Source: Chiloscyllium plagiosum (lineage: Eukaryota). Taken from it: 29,485 bases of DNA. A program made the translations under genes and the position numbers. The notes beneath the pieces were generated by a model, which worked only from the letters and a program-made list of their open reading frames with translations, did no database searches and had not been told where the DNA came from. Of the stretch, positions 1-10,315 are shown in pieces (the first letter of the stretch is position 1; each line of letters begins with the position of its first letter). The DNA is taken from positions 20,473,782 to 20,503,266 of the forward strand of contig NC_057749.1 in the NCBI RefSeq assembly GCF_004010195.1, in the 5' to 3' direction.

Positions 1-28
1 GGATTGGACTTTTGATTCTAATGGAGAG

Positions 29-223
29 GAGTAGAGAGTGTGTCGCTGGAAATGCACAAGTCAGGCAGCATTCGAACAGGAGAATCGATGTTTCAGATTC
101 CTGATTAAAGTCTCCGGCTTGAGATGTTGATTCTCCTGTTCCTCGGATGCTGCCTCACCTGCTGTCCTTTTCCAGCAACACACTCTCAACTCTGATCTCC
201 AGCAGCTGCAGACCTCACTTTCC
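29..223. mobile_element. Palindromic Penelope-like terminal-repeat insertion with 12-bp TSD
   Basis: Arm gagtgtg..gctggaaa..tcaggcagcat..caggagaatcga is followed by its reverse complement. Perfect direct repeat tctaatggagag at 17-28 and 224-235. Confidence 0.8.
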
Positions 224-359
224 TCTAATGGAGAGAAGCTACAGATTCAGGCCACACCATTCAGGTAGGCTTTGGGTAGCAGAAAAAGACTGTGTACACA
301 TCAGATAACCAGAAGCAATAACTATTCATCAAGGATCACAATGTCAGCATTTCTAGCAA

Positions 360-1090
360 GTTATCAAGAAGGCAAATGCAAGTTGTGAATGGTGCTGAAC
401 ATTGGACAATCATCGGCAAATATCCCTACTCTGACCTTATGGTGGTGGGAAATTCATTGATTAAGCAGCTGAAGGTGGTTGGGCCTAAGATACTACCCTG
501 AGGAACTCCTGCAGAGATTCCTGGAGCTGAGATGACTGACCTCCAATGACCACGAACGCCTTATGTGTCAGATACGATTCTGACCATTGGAGAGTTTGTC
601 CCCAATACCCATTGATTCCAGTTTTCTAGGGTTTCTTGATGCCACACTCAGTCAAACGTAGCCTTGATGTTAAATGCTGTCACACTCACCTCACTTCTGT
701 ACATGTCTGAACCAAAGCTGTAGTTTAGGTCAGGAGCTGAGTGGCCTTTGCAGAACCCAAGAGCATCACTGAGCAAGTGCTACTTGATAGCACTGGTGAT
801 CATTTTACTGATGATTGAGGGTAGACTGATGGGACAGTAATTGCCTGCTTTGGACTTGTCCTGCTTTTTATGAACAGGATATACCTGGGCAATATCCCAC
901 TGAAGCCAGTGCTGAACTAGAACATATTGGCTCAGGGAGCAGCAAGTTCTGGAGCACAAGTCGTCAGTACTATTGCCAGAATGTTGTCAGGACCTGTAGC
1001 CTTTGCAGTATCCAGTGTTTTCAACTGTTTCTTGACATCACGTGAAGTGAATCGAATTGGCTGAAGTCTGCTATCTGTAATGCTGGAGAC
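360..1090 (-). mobile_element. Decayed non-LTR retrotransposon (CR1/L2 group) reverse-transcriptase fragment
   Basis: Minus-strand translation gives 'LDTAKATGPDNILAIVLTTCAPELAAP', 'AGVPQGSILGP' and 'FADDC' RT motifs, broken by stops and frameshifts. Confidence 0.85.
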
Positions 1091-1127
1091 CACTCTCTCG
1101 CCAGAAAGCAGTGGGAAATGGGTCATT

Positions 1128-1282
1128 TCAGATTTTTAAGGCAGAGTTAGATTGATTCTTAATTGACAAGGAAATTGGAATTGCAGCACAATCAGATAAG
1201 CTATGATCTTAAAGAATGACAGAGAAGGCCGAGGGGAACAAATAGGCTACTCATGCTCACAATTCATGTGCGTTCGTATGTT
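1128..1282 (+). mobile_element. Old CR1 LINE 3' tail
   Basis: 'tttaaggcagagttagat' and 'tcagataagctatgatct..gaatg..agag' resemble the CR1 3' end at 18200-18335. Confidence 0.6.
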
Positions 1283-1536
1283 ACTTAGAACAGTTATGAT
1301 TCTAACAAACATGCTCACCGAAGAACCATCTAAATGATAACCTCAGAATTTACTTGTGATCTCAAGATGGTTAAGATAATGACACCGATCTAGCACTGCA
1401 TGAGGGAAGAGTGACACCAAGTCAAATAGTGGCTTCCCAGCTGAGACTAATGCACTGGTCCAGCTGTTGGATGTCACCAGATTGGACAACATTGCTTTAA
1501 CACTGAACAGGACAACAACAGCGGTAGCAAGCTCAC

Positions 1537-1616
1537 ATTTCCTGGGAGTATTGCTCCTCTGGCTCTCTGTTCCGGTTCCACAATGAACAGACATCGACAG
1601 CAGTGTCACAGTGAAT
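1537..1616 (-). CDS. KTI12: KTI12 internal coding exon (most 3' one found; 80 nt, phase 0 to phase 2)
   Basis: Minus strand gtttttgtttctag|ATTCACTGT...CAGGAAAT|gtgagc. Encodes IHCDTAVDVCSLWNRNREPEEQYSQE, in frame with the previous exon, with the conserved WN..R...Y pattern that precedes the 'RFE.PD.RNRWDSPLF' motif. That motif is not in the window. Confidence 0.92.
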
Positions 1617-1684
1617 CTAGAAACAAAAACAAAAATCCAATCTTATCCTCAACAGGAAATAGGCTTCACTAACAAAAGTACAGT

Positions 1685-2126
1685 ACTCCAGATGCTGAAC
1701 TTCTGAAATTAAAAGAACATGTCAGAAACACCCTGGTCAGAAGTTCTGTGGGAAGTTAGACAGTTAACATTTCAGATTGATGACATTTTATTGGAATTGG
1801 GAAAAAGTTATGGATGGAACAGATTTTAAAGGGGGAGACAGAGAGAACAGAGGAAGGGATGAAAGGAGAAAAAGATCAGTAATAGGTGGAAGTGTGGAGA
1901 TAGTAAATGACAAAAGGATGAGGATGCAAAGTGAATGTGGTGATAATGGGAAAACTAAAAGTTTGGGTTTACACAGGTATAAATGGAATGGCAGAATCAG
2001 GATTAACACTGCTATCTGGAAAAGTGGGGCAAGAATTTGGAATCCAAATAAACTGAATTCAGTTATTAATCCAGAAGGAGGTTGAGAGCAGAATCAAAAA
2101 ACAAGATGGGGTTCCTTCAGCTTACC
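1685..2126 (-). mobile_element. Decayed Penelope-like element 3' end (GIY-YIG C-terminus, pyrimidine-rich UTR, terminal repeat)
   Basis: Minus strand from 2126 reads GKLKEPHLVF*FCSQPPSGLITEFS, resembling the PLE C-terminal 'KLEEQHLIFRLGTLQPxGLNxEF' motif. It is followed by a C/T-rich tract and a degenerate terminal repeat ending 'cagcatctg'. Confidence 0.72.
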
Positions 2127-2558
2127 CTATTCTAATGAACATCTGCAAGGAAGTTATAGGTTAGGAGGGCTGCTTTCTAGTTATTGCTCATGAAGCGGTC
2201 TTCATGAAATTAGGAGGCCAAACCTTTTGGCGAATTTCCCCGTTCAGTTCGATCACTCGTGTCAATTCTCCTTTCCACTCTGATCTTTCTGTCACTTAGA
2301 TGGACAAGAGCAGCAGGCACATGGAACATTACCAACTGCAACACCAGTATCTTTTTTAAAAAAATGCGCTATTATCCAAAGGGAGTGTATGGGGCCCTGG
2401 ACAGTGAGAACAGAGGAGATAAAATGGTAGATGCAATCTTTCTTGTGCTTTGTGGGTTCGTTAAAACAAAAGAAAATCATTCATGGGATGAGAGCGTTGC
2501 AGTACGGCCCAACCCCAATTGTCCTACAGAAGGTAGTCATAGGCCACCTTCTTGAATC

Positions 2559-2788
2559 AAGATTACAGCGGTGCTGGAAAAGCACAGCAGGTCAGGCAGC
2601 ATCCGAGGAGCAGGTAAAAAAAAAAAAATCAGCATTTCGGGCAGGAACCCTTTATCAGGAATGCTGATGAAGGGCTCCTGCCCAAAACGTCGATTCTCCT
2701 GCTCCTCGGATGTTGCCTGACCTGCTGTGCTTTTCCAGCACCGCTGGAATCTTGACTCTAATCTCCAGCATCTGCAATCCTCACTTTC
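2559..2788. mobile_element. Palindromic Penelope-like terminal-repeat insertion with 16-bp TSD and hammerhead-like cores in both arms
   Basis: About 100-bp arms (cagcggtgctggaaaagcacagcaggtcaggca / tgcctgacctgctgtgcttttccagcaccgctg). TSD gccacYttcttgaatc at 2543-2558 and 2789-2804 (1 mismatch). Inserted into a minus-strand LINE tail spanning about 2525-2900. Confidence 0.88.
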
Positions 2789-3559
2789 GCCACTTTCTTG
2801 AATCGTTGAAGTCTGCAATGTAATTTTTAAATAGTGCTGTTAGGAAGGAAATTCCAGGCTTTTCATCCAGCAACAGTGAAGGAATTTGATATGTTTCAAA
2901 GAGCATAACTGGCTGCAAAGCTAGTGGTGAAAAGCACAGTATAATTGCAATTTTTTTTTAATATTTAAAAAAGCACCATATTTTGCAAATGTTTTCTCCC
3001 ATTTCTCTTCTCAGTAATCACTGGGGTATTGTTCTTCCAGTGCCTGTTTCTATCACTTCACCCAGTGGCCAGGAGATAGTCTAGAAGGACAGGGTCAGGA
3101 GAACATTGTCCCTCAGTAGCATTTTGGCTCAGCTCAAGCCCTTCATCTGAATTGCAAGGATATGGTTTCAACGGAAACTCAGTAATCTGAGAAACACCCT
3201 AGGGCAGTAGAGGGAAGACTTCAAGAAAGTTGGGATGGGGCAATGTCCCCCGCAATTTTTCTTTGTTGTGCATTGACTATTTATTGCTTAAGAGTCCCAT
3301 TACAATTGCTGTATGGAGAGACATAAAAAGGAAAACGGATTGCATGCAATGTGCGCATTGAGGTGAAGATTCTGCGCCACAGGCTGTGTGACTGCATATG
3401 TGTGGAGCTCAGGGACAGCAGTGGCTGTGGTCAGAGGTAATGTTTCAAATGAATGACTGACATTGAACATCACCGTCACACCTCCTCACCCACCCTCCTT
3501 TAGGATAGAAAAAGAAAAGACAGACATAATTAACTCTCTCTGAAATATGGAGGAGCTCG

Positions 3560-3650
3560 CCCTGACGTTCACCAAAAGCCAGCGTCTGCTGTTTGTGGGA
3601 CCTTGCTATGTACAAATTGGCTGCCATGTGTGTCTGTAGAACAGTGGTGG
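3560..3650 (+). mobile_element. DeuSINE (SacSINE1/AmnSINE1-like) core fragment
   Basis: tgctgtttgtgggaccttgctatgtacaaattggctgccatgt matches the recalled Deu-domain core. Confidence 0.7.
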
Positions 3651-4344
3651 CTAAATTCTGTTGCTTGGTGATAGAGAATTTGAGTATTGCTTATAAAAGG
3701 AAAAACAAAAGTTGCCAGAATTATCCCAACTCGTACTCTCACATTCACAAGAACACCAAATGTCAAAGGGTGCAACAGATGAGGAAAACAAAACTGCTGA
3801 TTGATCAGTGAGCTACCAGGGAGAACGCATAACAGAACTACTGTCCTTCACACTTTCGTTCAATTCAAAATGGAGCACAATGCATGTACAATTCCTTTTC
3901 CCTACAGAGATTGTTGTGTGTCTTAATTTAAGTTCTCTCAAGTGTAATCAAGTTTGAATTAAACAAAAGCTTAGAGAAAATTAAATATAGGCAAGGTGCT
4001 ATGGAGTTAATAAAGAGAAAGAAACTCACTGCTCATGAAACACTGATGCTCACATCTTGTGGATGGCAATGGCTCGAAATAAATAAAAAATTCTTTCTAC
4101 ATGGGGATTACACTCAAAAGAGGAGGATGAGGAGACAAAAAGGATTTTTTTAAATTATAAAAAGCAACAATTCCTAAAGGGATTTTATTCAAAGTATTAG
4201 TCATTCCATTTACAAAATATTGTGAAGATACATCAGAAACCATAAGTGAATACAATTAGTTCCAATTGACATTTTCCAGTACAATTTGCTCAGTTCAAAA
4301 AAAAGAGAGTGGGTGGGAAGACGGACAATAATTCGAGGGTCTTG

Positions 4345-4475
4345 TATTCTGAAGGACAGTTACACCCAAAAGGTCAACTTCTCCACCTCCTGATGTTGCC
4401 TGACTTGCTGTGTTCTTCCAGCCTCCTGTCTGTTGGCTTTGGATTCCAGCATCTGCAGGTTTTTTTTTTGTCTAT
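4345..4475 (+). mobile_element. Penelope-like terminal repeat, single degenerate arm
   Basis: ttctgaagga...cccaaaaggtc..ctcctgatgttgcctgacttgctgtgttcttccagc...ccagcatctgcag, homologous to the right arm at 2664-2780. Confidence 0.7.
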
Positions 4476-4591
4476 ATCCTTGGATTCTACCAGGCTGGAA
4501 CTAGCAGCTGTACAATAAATTCATTTTCATATTGTATATATCCTTCAATACCTTTCACACGAGTTCTCAAAAAAAATTAATGACCCCTTAC

Positions 4592-4647
4592 CAGACAGTG
4601 TGGAGTCTGAGCATGCTTTACCAGGCAGAAAAGTTCATATCTGTAGC
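4592..4647 (-). CDS. KTI12: KTI12 internal coding exon (56 nt, phase 1 to phase 0)
   Basis: Minus strand cttcttaaatatag|GCTACAGA...CACTGTCTG|gtaagg. Encodes (G)YRYELFCLVKHAQTPHCL, matching KTI12 'G[FY]RYEL[YF]C'. Confidence 0.95.
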
Positions 4648-5544
4648 CTATATTTAAGAAGAACAACAGTCACAGAGGTGCATATCATTGGAACAAAATT
4701 AGGCACTGTGAGTCAATATTTTCACTTCTTCAGCAGAAATGTTACATGCAAAGTCACTTTGGTCTGGATTTTTGTTTGACAGATCCCATTATCATTTCAG
4801 CTGCTAATTTACCACTGGCTCTCTGTCTGTCTGACTCAACAGTTTAGACAAATTTAATTGGCGGCTTCAACACACACATTCTTTGGATGTTGTCCTCAGC
4901 TCCACAACCCCCTCACTACCCCCACTGTACCCAGTTGAAGAGTCTTCTCCTTGTATCAATGGCCACTGGGCCCAGCAGAGATGGCAAGTTATAAACGTAT
5001 CATAAGAACATAGAAAACAAGAGTGAAAATATAAATTACACTAAATTAAGGCTGTCTTTTTTCATGAGTAAATCCTCCTGTTAAGAGTTGGAGATTGAAC
5101 ACGTGTACTAGAAAATTCTGTCCAGCAAATCACCAGTCGGATTGGATAACAGAACATGGAGAGTGAGCAAACCTTTTTTTTTTTAATTCCTGCTGAATAC
5201 ATGTGATTTCCATGAGCTCCTTTTACATTCTTAAAAACTACTTTTAGGTGATGGAGCCATTTAGTAACATTATCTTCTGTATTTTGTATTAGTTTTTTTT
5301 AAGAAAAGGATTTCCTTTAGATGAGGTAGCTCAAACACTATGTACAAAGACGTTAATGTATTAAACCTTTTACTTGGGAATCTGTAAAGATGACATTTTG
5401 TTAATTTACTGTAAATAAATCTACATTTAATCTCCAAATGAAAAGTCTAACTACTTGGCACAAGTTAACTTAGTGGCAACAAATCTCACATCTGTCCTTT
5501 CTAAAAATTAATTGCAAGCATTTAGCACAACTTGACTTTGCTTA

Positions 5545-5600
5545 TTCTGGATTAGTGGTGCTGGAAGAGCACAGCAGTTCAGGCAGCATCCAAGGAGCAG
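5545..5600 (-). mobile_element. Penelope-like terminal repeat, short fragment
   Basis: gtgctggaagagcacagcagttcaggcagcatccaaggagcag is nearly identical to 2571-2613. Confidence 0.75.
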
Positions 5601-5829
5601 CTTAGTCCAATCCAAGAGATTTTTTTCTCTCCTCCCTTGATACTTCTGCGTTAAATATGTACTTAAAAAAGCCCAGTTGGACCATGGGCTTCCAAATGGT
5701 CCAACTGCATAACAAGTGGAATACAGAGAAGTTATTACTACCACTGCTTTAAGTGAAACTGTCAGAATGTTTTCCAAGTTAATACTTTTTTTATTTGATC
5801 ATGTCAGTTTTAATAAGGGCGCTTTTAAA

Positions 5830-6300
5830 TCCTTAACACAGAAGCATCTTGCCTACCTTAAAAGAGACACACCTTTATAGCTCGCCAAATCTAACTGTAC
5901 ATCCCCAATGCCATACTCTTTACTATGGACATTGAAAGTATTTGGACAAACATTAAATCAGATGGTGTACTGGCTGTCAGAAGTATCTTTTTAAAACTTC
6001 CCCAGTTAGACAGACCAAATGAAGCTATAACCCAGCTATTCCATTTAGGTTTAAGAAAAAGTAATTTTGAATTCAATAATTAATCTTCAAATCAAAAGCA
6101 CAACTACGTGTAGGATATTTGCTCATATAAACATACACATGGTGGTGGACCAGAAAGTTTGCTTTGAAAAAGCAGACTCCAAACATTATGAAGCTTTGTG
6201 GATGACATATGAGATGTCTGGGCTTTCACAAAAGCAGAATTGGGAAGAATTCATCAATATCTTCTGCAACCATCACCCCTCAATGAAGCTTAAAGCCACA
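5830..6300 (+). mobile_element. Ancient Penelope-like reverse-transcriptase relic
   Basis: Across frameshifts it reads PLTQKHLAYLK / AILFTMDIESIWTNI...DRPNEAITQLFHLGLRKSNFEFN / LQIKSTTTCRIFAHINIHM / FVDDI*DVW / EEFINIFCNHHPSMKLKAT. These are PLE RT motifs (DVxSLYTNI, NxFxFN, QxxGxAMG, YxDD, HPxIK) in the expected order. Confidence 0.82.
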
Positions 6301-7639
6301 ACATACGGGAAAGCGTATATTGCTCAAGACACACAAAACGTCATTTCCCTGAATCCCAGGTCTTTTTTTTTGGAGAATCTCATAAGGGACCTTTACTAAC
6401 CAAGCCAAACTCGGGATATATATTGCCCTCAAATGCTGTACAAATTCAATGCTTTGAAAAAAAAAATTCTTGGAGCTTTAAATAACTAATTTATCTATTT
6501 TATCTACCATCAAATGTGAACCTCAAACGCAAACGTAGTCCCAATTTATTGCAGTTATCAGTGCCCAACAGCAGGAGCCATTTCTTATCTTCCTTCAAAC
6601 CTGCCTCCTCTCCAAGTCACTGCTCCAGTTCCTCCTCGCACAAGTCCTAGCCCTTGGCACTTTTCCAATCACACAGTGGGTCTTGAGGAGCAACAGCAGC
6701 AAAACGAGGGCAAACGAGTGAGTGGTGAAGCTGGAGCAGTTGGTATAGGAGAAACTATAGCAGAAACTAAGTGGAGGAGCGTACTCCTCAGATTCTGTCT
6801 CACTCATACAAGGGAGCATTTTCGCTCACTTGCCACCTGTCAAATTTCCTGTGGGCTTTTTAGGGCAAATTCACCTGCCGTCCACATTTTGAAACCTGAT
6901 CAGGTCAGCCAAATTCCTTAGCTTCTCACGCCCAGCTCCAGAGAACCCTACATGGTTCAGAGAAGTCAGAAGCAGCTTTACAGATGTGTGAAGGCAGATT
7001 GTATTTCTATTAAAAAGACTCAGTTGCATTATCCCTGTTCACAACTGGCAAAGGAGAAGAGGTCATGTTGGTCTGGTCGACGTCTACCTACCCTTCACAT
7101 CTTAATTGCATTTGCCCCTAAAAAGAGAAGATCCACAGAGTGTGACAGAGGACTATCTGAAACCTGCAAGGATCATGGTAGCTGGTTTGGGAGACTTATA
7201 CTGTACTTGTATCATAGATAATCAGGATCCTGGAACAATCAAAATAAAATCACATCATCCTCATGAATCAGCAAGGTGTGAGCTACAAACTAAGAAACAC
7301 TTGAGATTAGTAAATTGATGCTTCTATGTTTTTGTAGGTAAATTATCCTTCAGTATAAGATAGATACTAGAAATAAAATAGAACTCCTCTCCCCTGACTT
7401 TCCTTTCATCGTGGTTCTTATATTTGTGGTTACCAGAAACCTGACAGCTTGTCTCACAGCCACTTTGAGCAGAGTGGGTTACAATGGCACTGTTTATTTA
7501 CAGCTTTATTATTGGAGATAGTCAATAACCAAGCAACTAACTTCATGGAATTTAACATATACTATTAATAAAATACATCAGCAGCAGACAGTGAATACAT
7601 GGCACAGACCCTCCAGACAAGTACCGAATCAATCTTTCT

Positions 7640-8035
7640 CAATGGATGTGGGTTCAGAAGCAAAGGCAGAGACCTAGAGTGCTGACGCTCCAGTGCGACA
7701 CAGACTGAATACTGTGCATTTTCCTTGTTAAGATCAACCTTTAAACCAAACGTCTACCTGTTCCCTCAGCTGGGTGTAAAAACAATCCCATGACTGTTTT
7801 GAAAGAAATATGTTCAATTTCTCCTCAATATCACAGCTACTTTTTCTCTCAACTACTGAAGCAAATATTACAATGCTGCTTTCAGAAACTTGCTGTGCTC
7901 CCCACCCTTATTCTTCAAATAGTGGCAGGAGATGTTTTGTGTTATTAAAAGGTAACAGATGGGGACTCAGTTGAACATCTCATCCAATAGATGACATCTT
8001 CAGCAGGGCAGAACTTCCTCAGTACTGCAATAGTC
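7640..8035. mobile_element. Two degenerate DeuSINE-like fragments (about 7640-7900 plus, about 7905-8035 minus)
   Basis: Plus: 'ctccagtgc..tttaaacc..cctgttccctcagctgggtgtaaaa..cccatg..cttgctgtgc'. Minus: rc of 'gttgaacatctcatcc..cttcagcagggcagaacttcctcagtactgca'. Both resemble the SacSINE1 body. Confidence 0.55.
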
Positions 8036-8309
8036 CTCAGATGTTTAGGCAAAGATACACAGTATTCCATCATAGGCATAAGCATGCTACAAACAAATCA
8101 AATTTAATATCTGAAATAGAACTGTTCTGTACCTTGAATTATAAAGGATAATTACTATAAATGGACATATTCTGAAAGCCAAGACACCTTTATGTTTATT
8201 CCAGACAAATGGCTTCATTGTAACTTGGCAGCTGCTTACAAATCCCCAATGTTAGAAATAAAAGCAAAAATGGTCAGCTCTCTTACTTTTAAATACAATG
8301 CTTCAAGTT

Positions 8310-8620
8310 CAAAGATCCTCAGGCAGCTCCTTCCAAAACCTATGACCACTTCCACCTAGAAGGATGAGGACAGCAGGTACATGGGAACACCACTCCCTCC
8401 ATGTTACCCTCCAAGCCACTCATTATACTGACTTGGAAATGTATCGTCATTCCTTCACTATTGCTGGGTCAAAATCCAGAACTCTCTCCCTATGGGCATT
8501 GCGAGTCAACCTACAGAATGAGGGACTACAACAGTTCAAGGAGGCAGCTCACCTCCACCTTCTCAAGGGTGACTAAATGCTGACCAGCCAGCGACACTCA
8601 CATCCCACAAGTGCATTAAA
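8310..8620 (+). mobile_element. Non-LTR retrotransposon 3' end and UTR (related copies at about 2275-2350 +, 2525-2900 -, 11100-11335 +, 27830-28105 -)
   Basis: Shared motifs 'aggacagcaggtacatgggaacacc', 'ctgacttggaaat', 'cagttcaaggaggcagctcacc' recur at several places in the window. Confidence 0.7.
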
Positions 8621-9069
8621 ACAACAGACAAGTTTAGGGAGCATTTTAGAGAGATATACATGTAATCTACCTTATTACAGCACCATACATCATAAAATAA
8701 TCCTGAAGTGCTTTCTGGTCGAGTATCTCATTGTCATTAATGCTTACAGGTAGTCACAGAGAGTCCTATTCAAGCCCTTTGATGAAATCATTTGCTATTT
8801 GATGGTGAACCTTCTCTTGCTCACCCCTTCTCACATATAGGAACCCTGTTACATCAGTTACAGCCTGTACTACCACTTCAAAGCTGCAGCAAAATACCAG
8901 CTCAAGGGCTCAATCTCAGAACTGACCTTCCATTCCAGCTTCTGTTTTCCTGTTTACCTCAACCTCTCCCAAAATACCTCATCAGTAATGACCTATTCTA
9001 CACTGTTCAGGAACTTAGAAAAATTAGGAATAAATCCAAACAAAGAATCAGATTAATTATTAGTCATAC

Positions 9070-9122
9070 CTTTGATGTAGTTTAGAGAATCCATAATTAC
9101 TACATCATCTTTATTGATTTTC
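9070..9122 (-). CDS. KTI12: KTI12 internal coding exon (53 nt, phase 2 to phase 1)
   Basis: Minus strand polypyrimidine tract then ccctcag|GAAAATC...ATCAAAG|gtatga. Encodes (R)KINKDDVVIMDSLNYIK(G), the Walker-B-like 'DSLNYIKG' KTI12 signature. Confidence 0.95.
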
Positions 9123-9279
9123 CTGAGGGAAAAAAAGAATTGTACATAGTGACTGGGATGTGTGACATGAACATACACCATATTGTTTAAAAAGTTCACT
9201 ATTATTGGGCACATTATTCCAAATTCCATTTAAAGCAGTTCCAATCTAAAAATTACAATCAACTTTGCGAAAAACACCA

Positions 9280-9800
9280 GGATATTGAGCAGAATTAGGT
9301 TATTTAGCCCCTTATGCCACAGCTGATCTGATTGTAAATTCAACAACACATTCCTATTAATTATGGATGACCTTTCACCCCCTTGTTTAACAAGAATCCA
9401 TTCATTTTGGCCTTAAAACTAGTCAAAGGTTCTGCTTCCAAATAGTTATAGGAACAGCAAGTTCTAAAGACTCATGGCCCTTAGAAAAAAGGGCCTTAGC
9501 TCTTTTAAAAATAATGGGTTGCCCATTTAAGAATTATTCTGCCACAAGAGGAAACACATGCTCTACATCTACCCTGTCAAGACCCTGAAGATCTTACACA
9601 TTTCAATTGAGTTGCCTCTTTCTCTAAGCTCCAGTGGATACAAACCTAGTCTGTCCAATGCCTCTTCTTCAGGCAAGCCGTTTGTGACCGGTATTAGTGT
9701 GGTAAACCTTTTCTGAATTGCCTCCAATGTATTGGAATCCTTCCTTAAAAATAACGTTTAGTACTGGAGACCAATACTAAACAGTGCTCCAGATGTGGCC
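9280..9800 (-). mobile_element. Old CR1 LINE 3' fragment
   Basis: Degenerate rc of a CR1 C-terminus and 3' UTR ('tctacatctaccctgtcaagaccc', 'gtaaaccttttctgaattgcctccaa', 'tgctccagatgtggcc'). Confidence 0.6.
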
Positions 9801-10194
9801 TTAATGCATAGACTCGCTACTTTTGCGTTCATTGTTCAAACTCCTTTTCCATTTCCATCCCAATCCAAAAAGGCTTGTTATTTTCTTCTCCATGACAATG
9901 GCCTCTTTCCAACTGTTCACCAATGGTATTTCAAGAATGTCTTTTCACACTTTGCTGTGAGCCAGGAGAAAAATGGCTATACTGCCTAGTGCTTGCACTA
10001 AACGAGAATTAGTTACATGGGCAGGGGTCAAACCAAATTTCTATTGATATCCATCCCATCATCTCCTCAATGACAAATGATTTGTTGATTCATGCATTAG
10101 TAGGGTATTGGGTGTGCCATTCAATAGCAATCTAGTATGGCAACTTGCACTCATAATCTAACAGCACTGCCATCCCACCCAAACGCAATTATCT

Positions 10195-10315
10195 CTCAGC
10201 CTCCTTGCCACCCCCTCATTCCTGATGAAGAGCTTATGCTCGAAACATCGACTCCCCTGCTCCTCTGTTGCTGCCTGACCGGCTGTGCTTTTCCAGCACC
10301 ATACTCTTCGACTCC
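10195..10315 (+). mobile_element. Penelope-like terminal repeat with the best-preserved minimal hammerhead core
   Basis: CTGATGA(10222-28) A GAGC ttat GCTC GAAA(10242-45) cATC, followed by the usual ctgctcct..gctgcctgacc..gctgtgcttttccagc arm. Confidence 0.8.

Noticed and set aside
1343..1609. 88-aa minus-strand ORF with a possible gtaaat donor near 1354
   Set aside because: It overlaps the real KTI12 exon in a different frame. The KTI12 frame with the gtgagc donor at 1536 explains the splice signals, and the peptide resembles nothing I recognise.
1777..2085. 102-aa plus ORF and the hydrophobic 73-aa antisense ORF
   Set aside because: By-products of the purine/pyrimidine-biased Penelope 3' UTR.
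2189..2208. 8-bp hairpin tcatgaag-cggt-cttcatga
   Set aside because: Short, with no supporting context; expected by chance in 29 kb.
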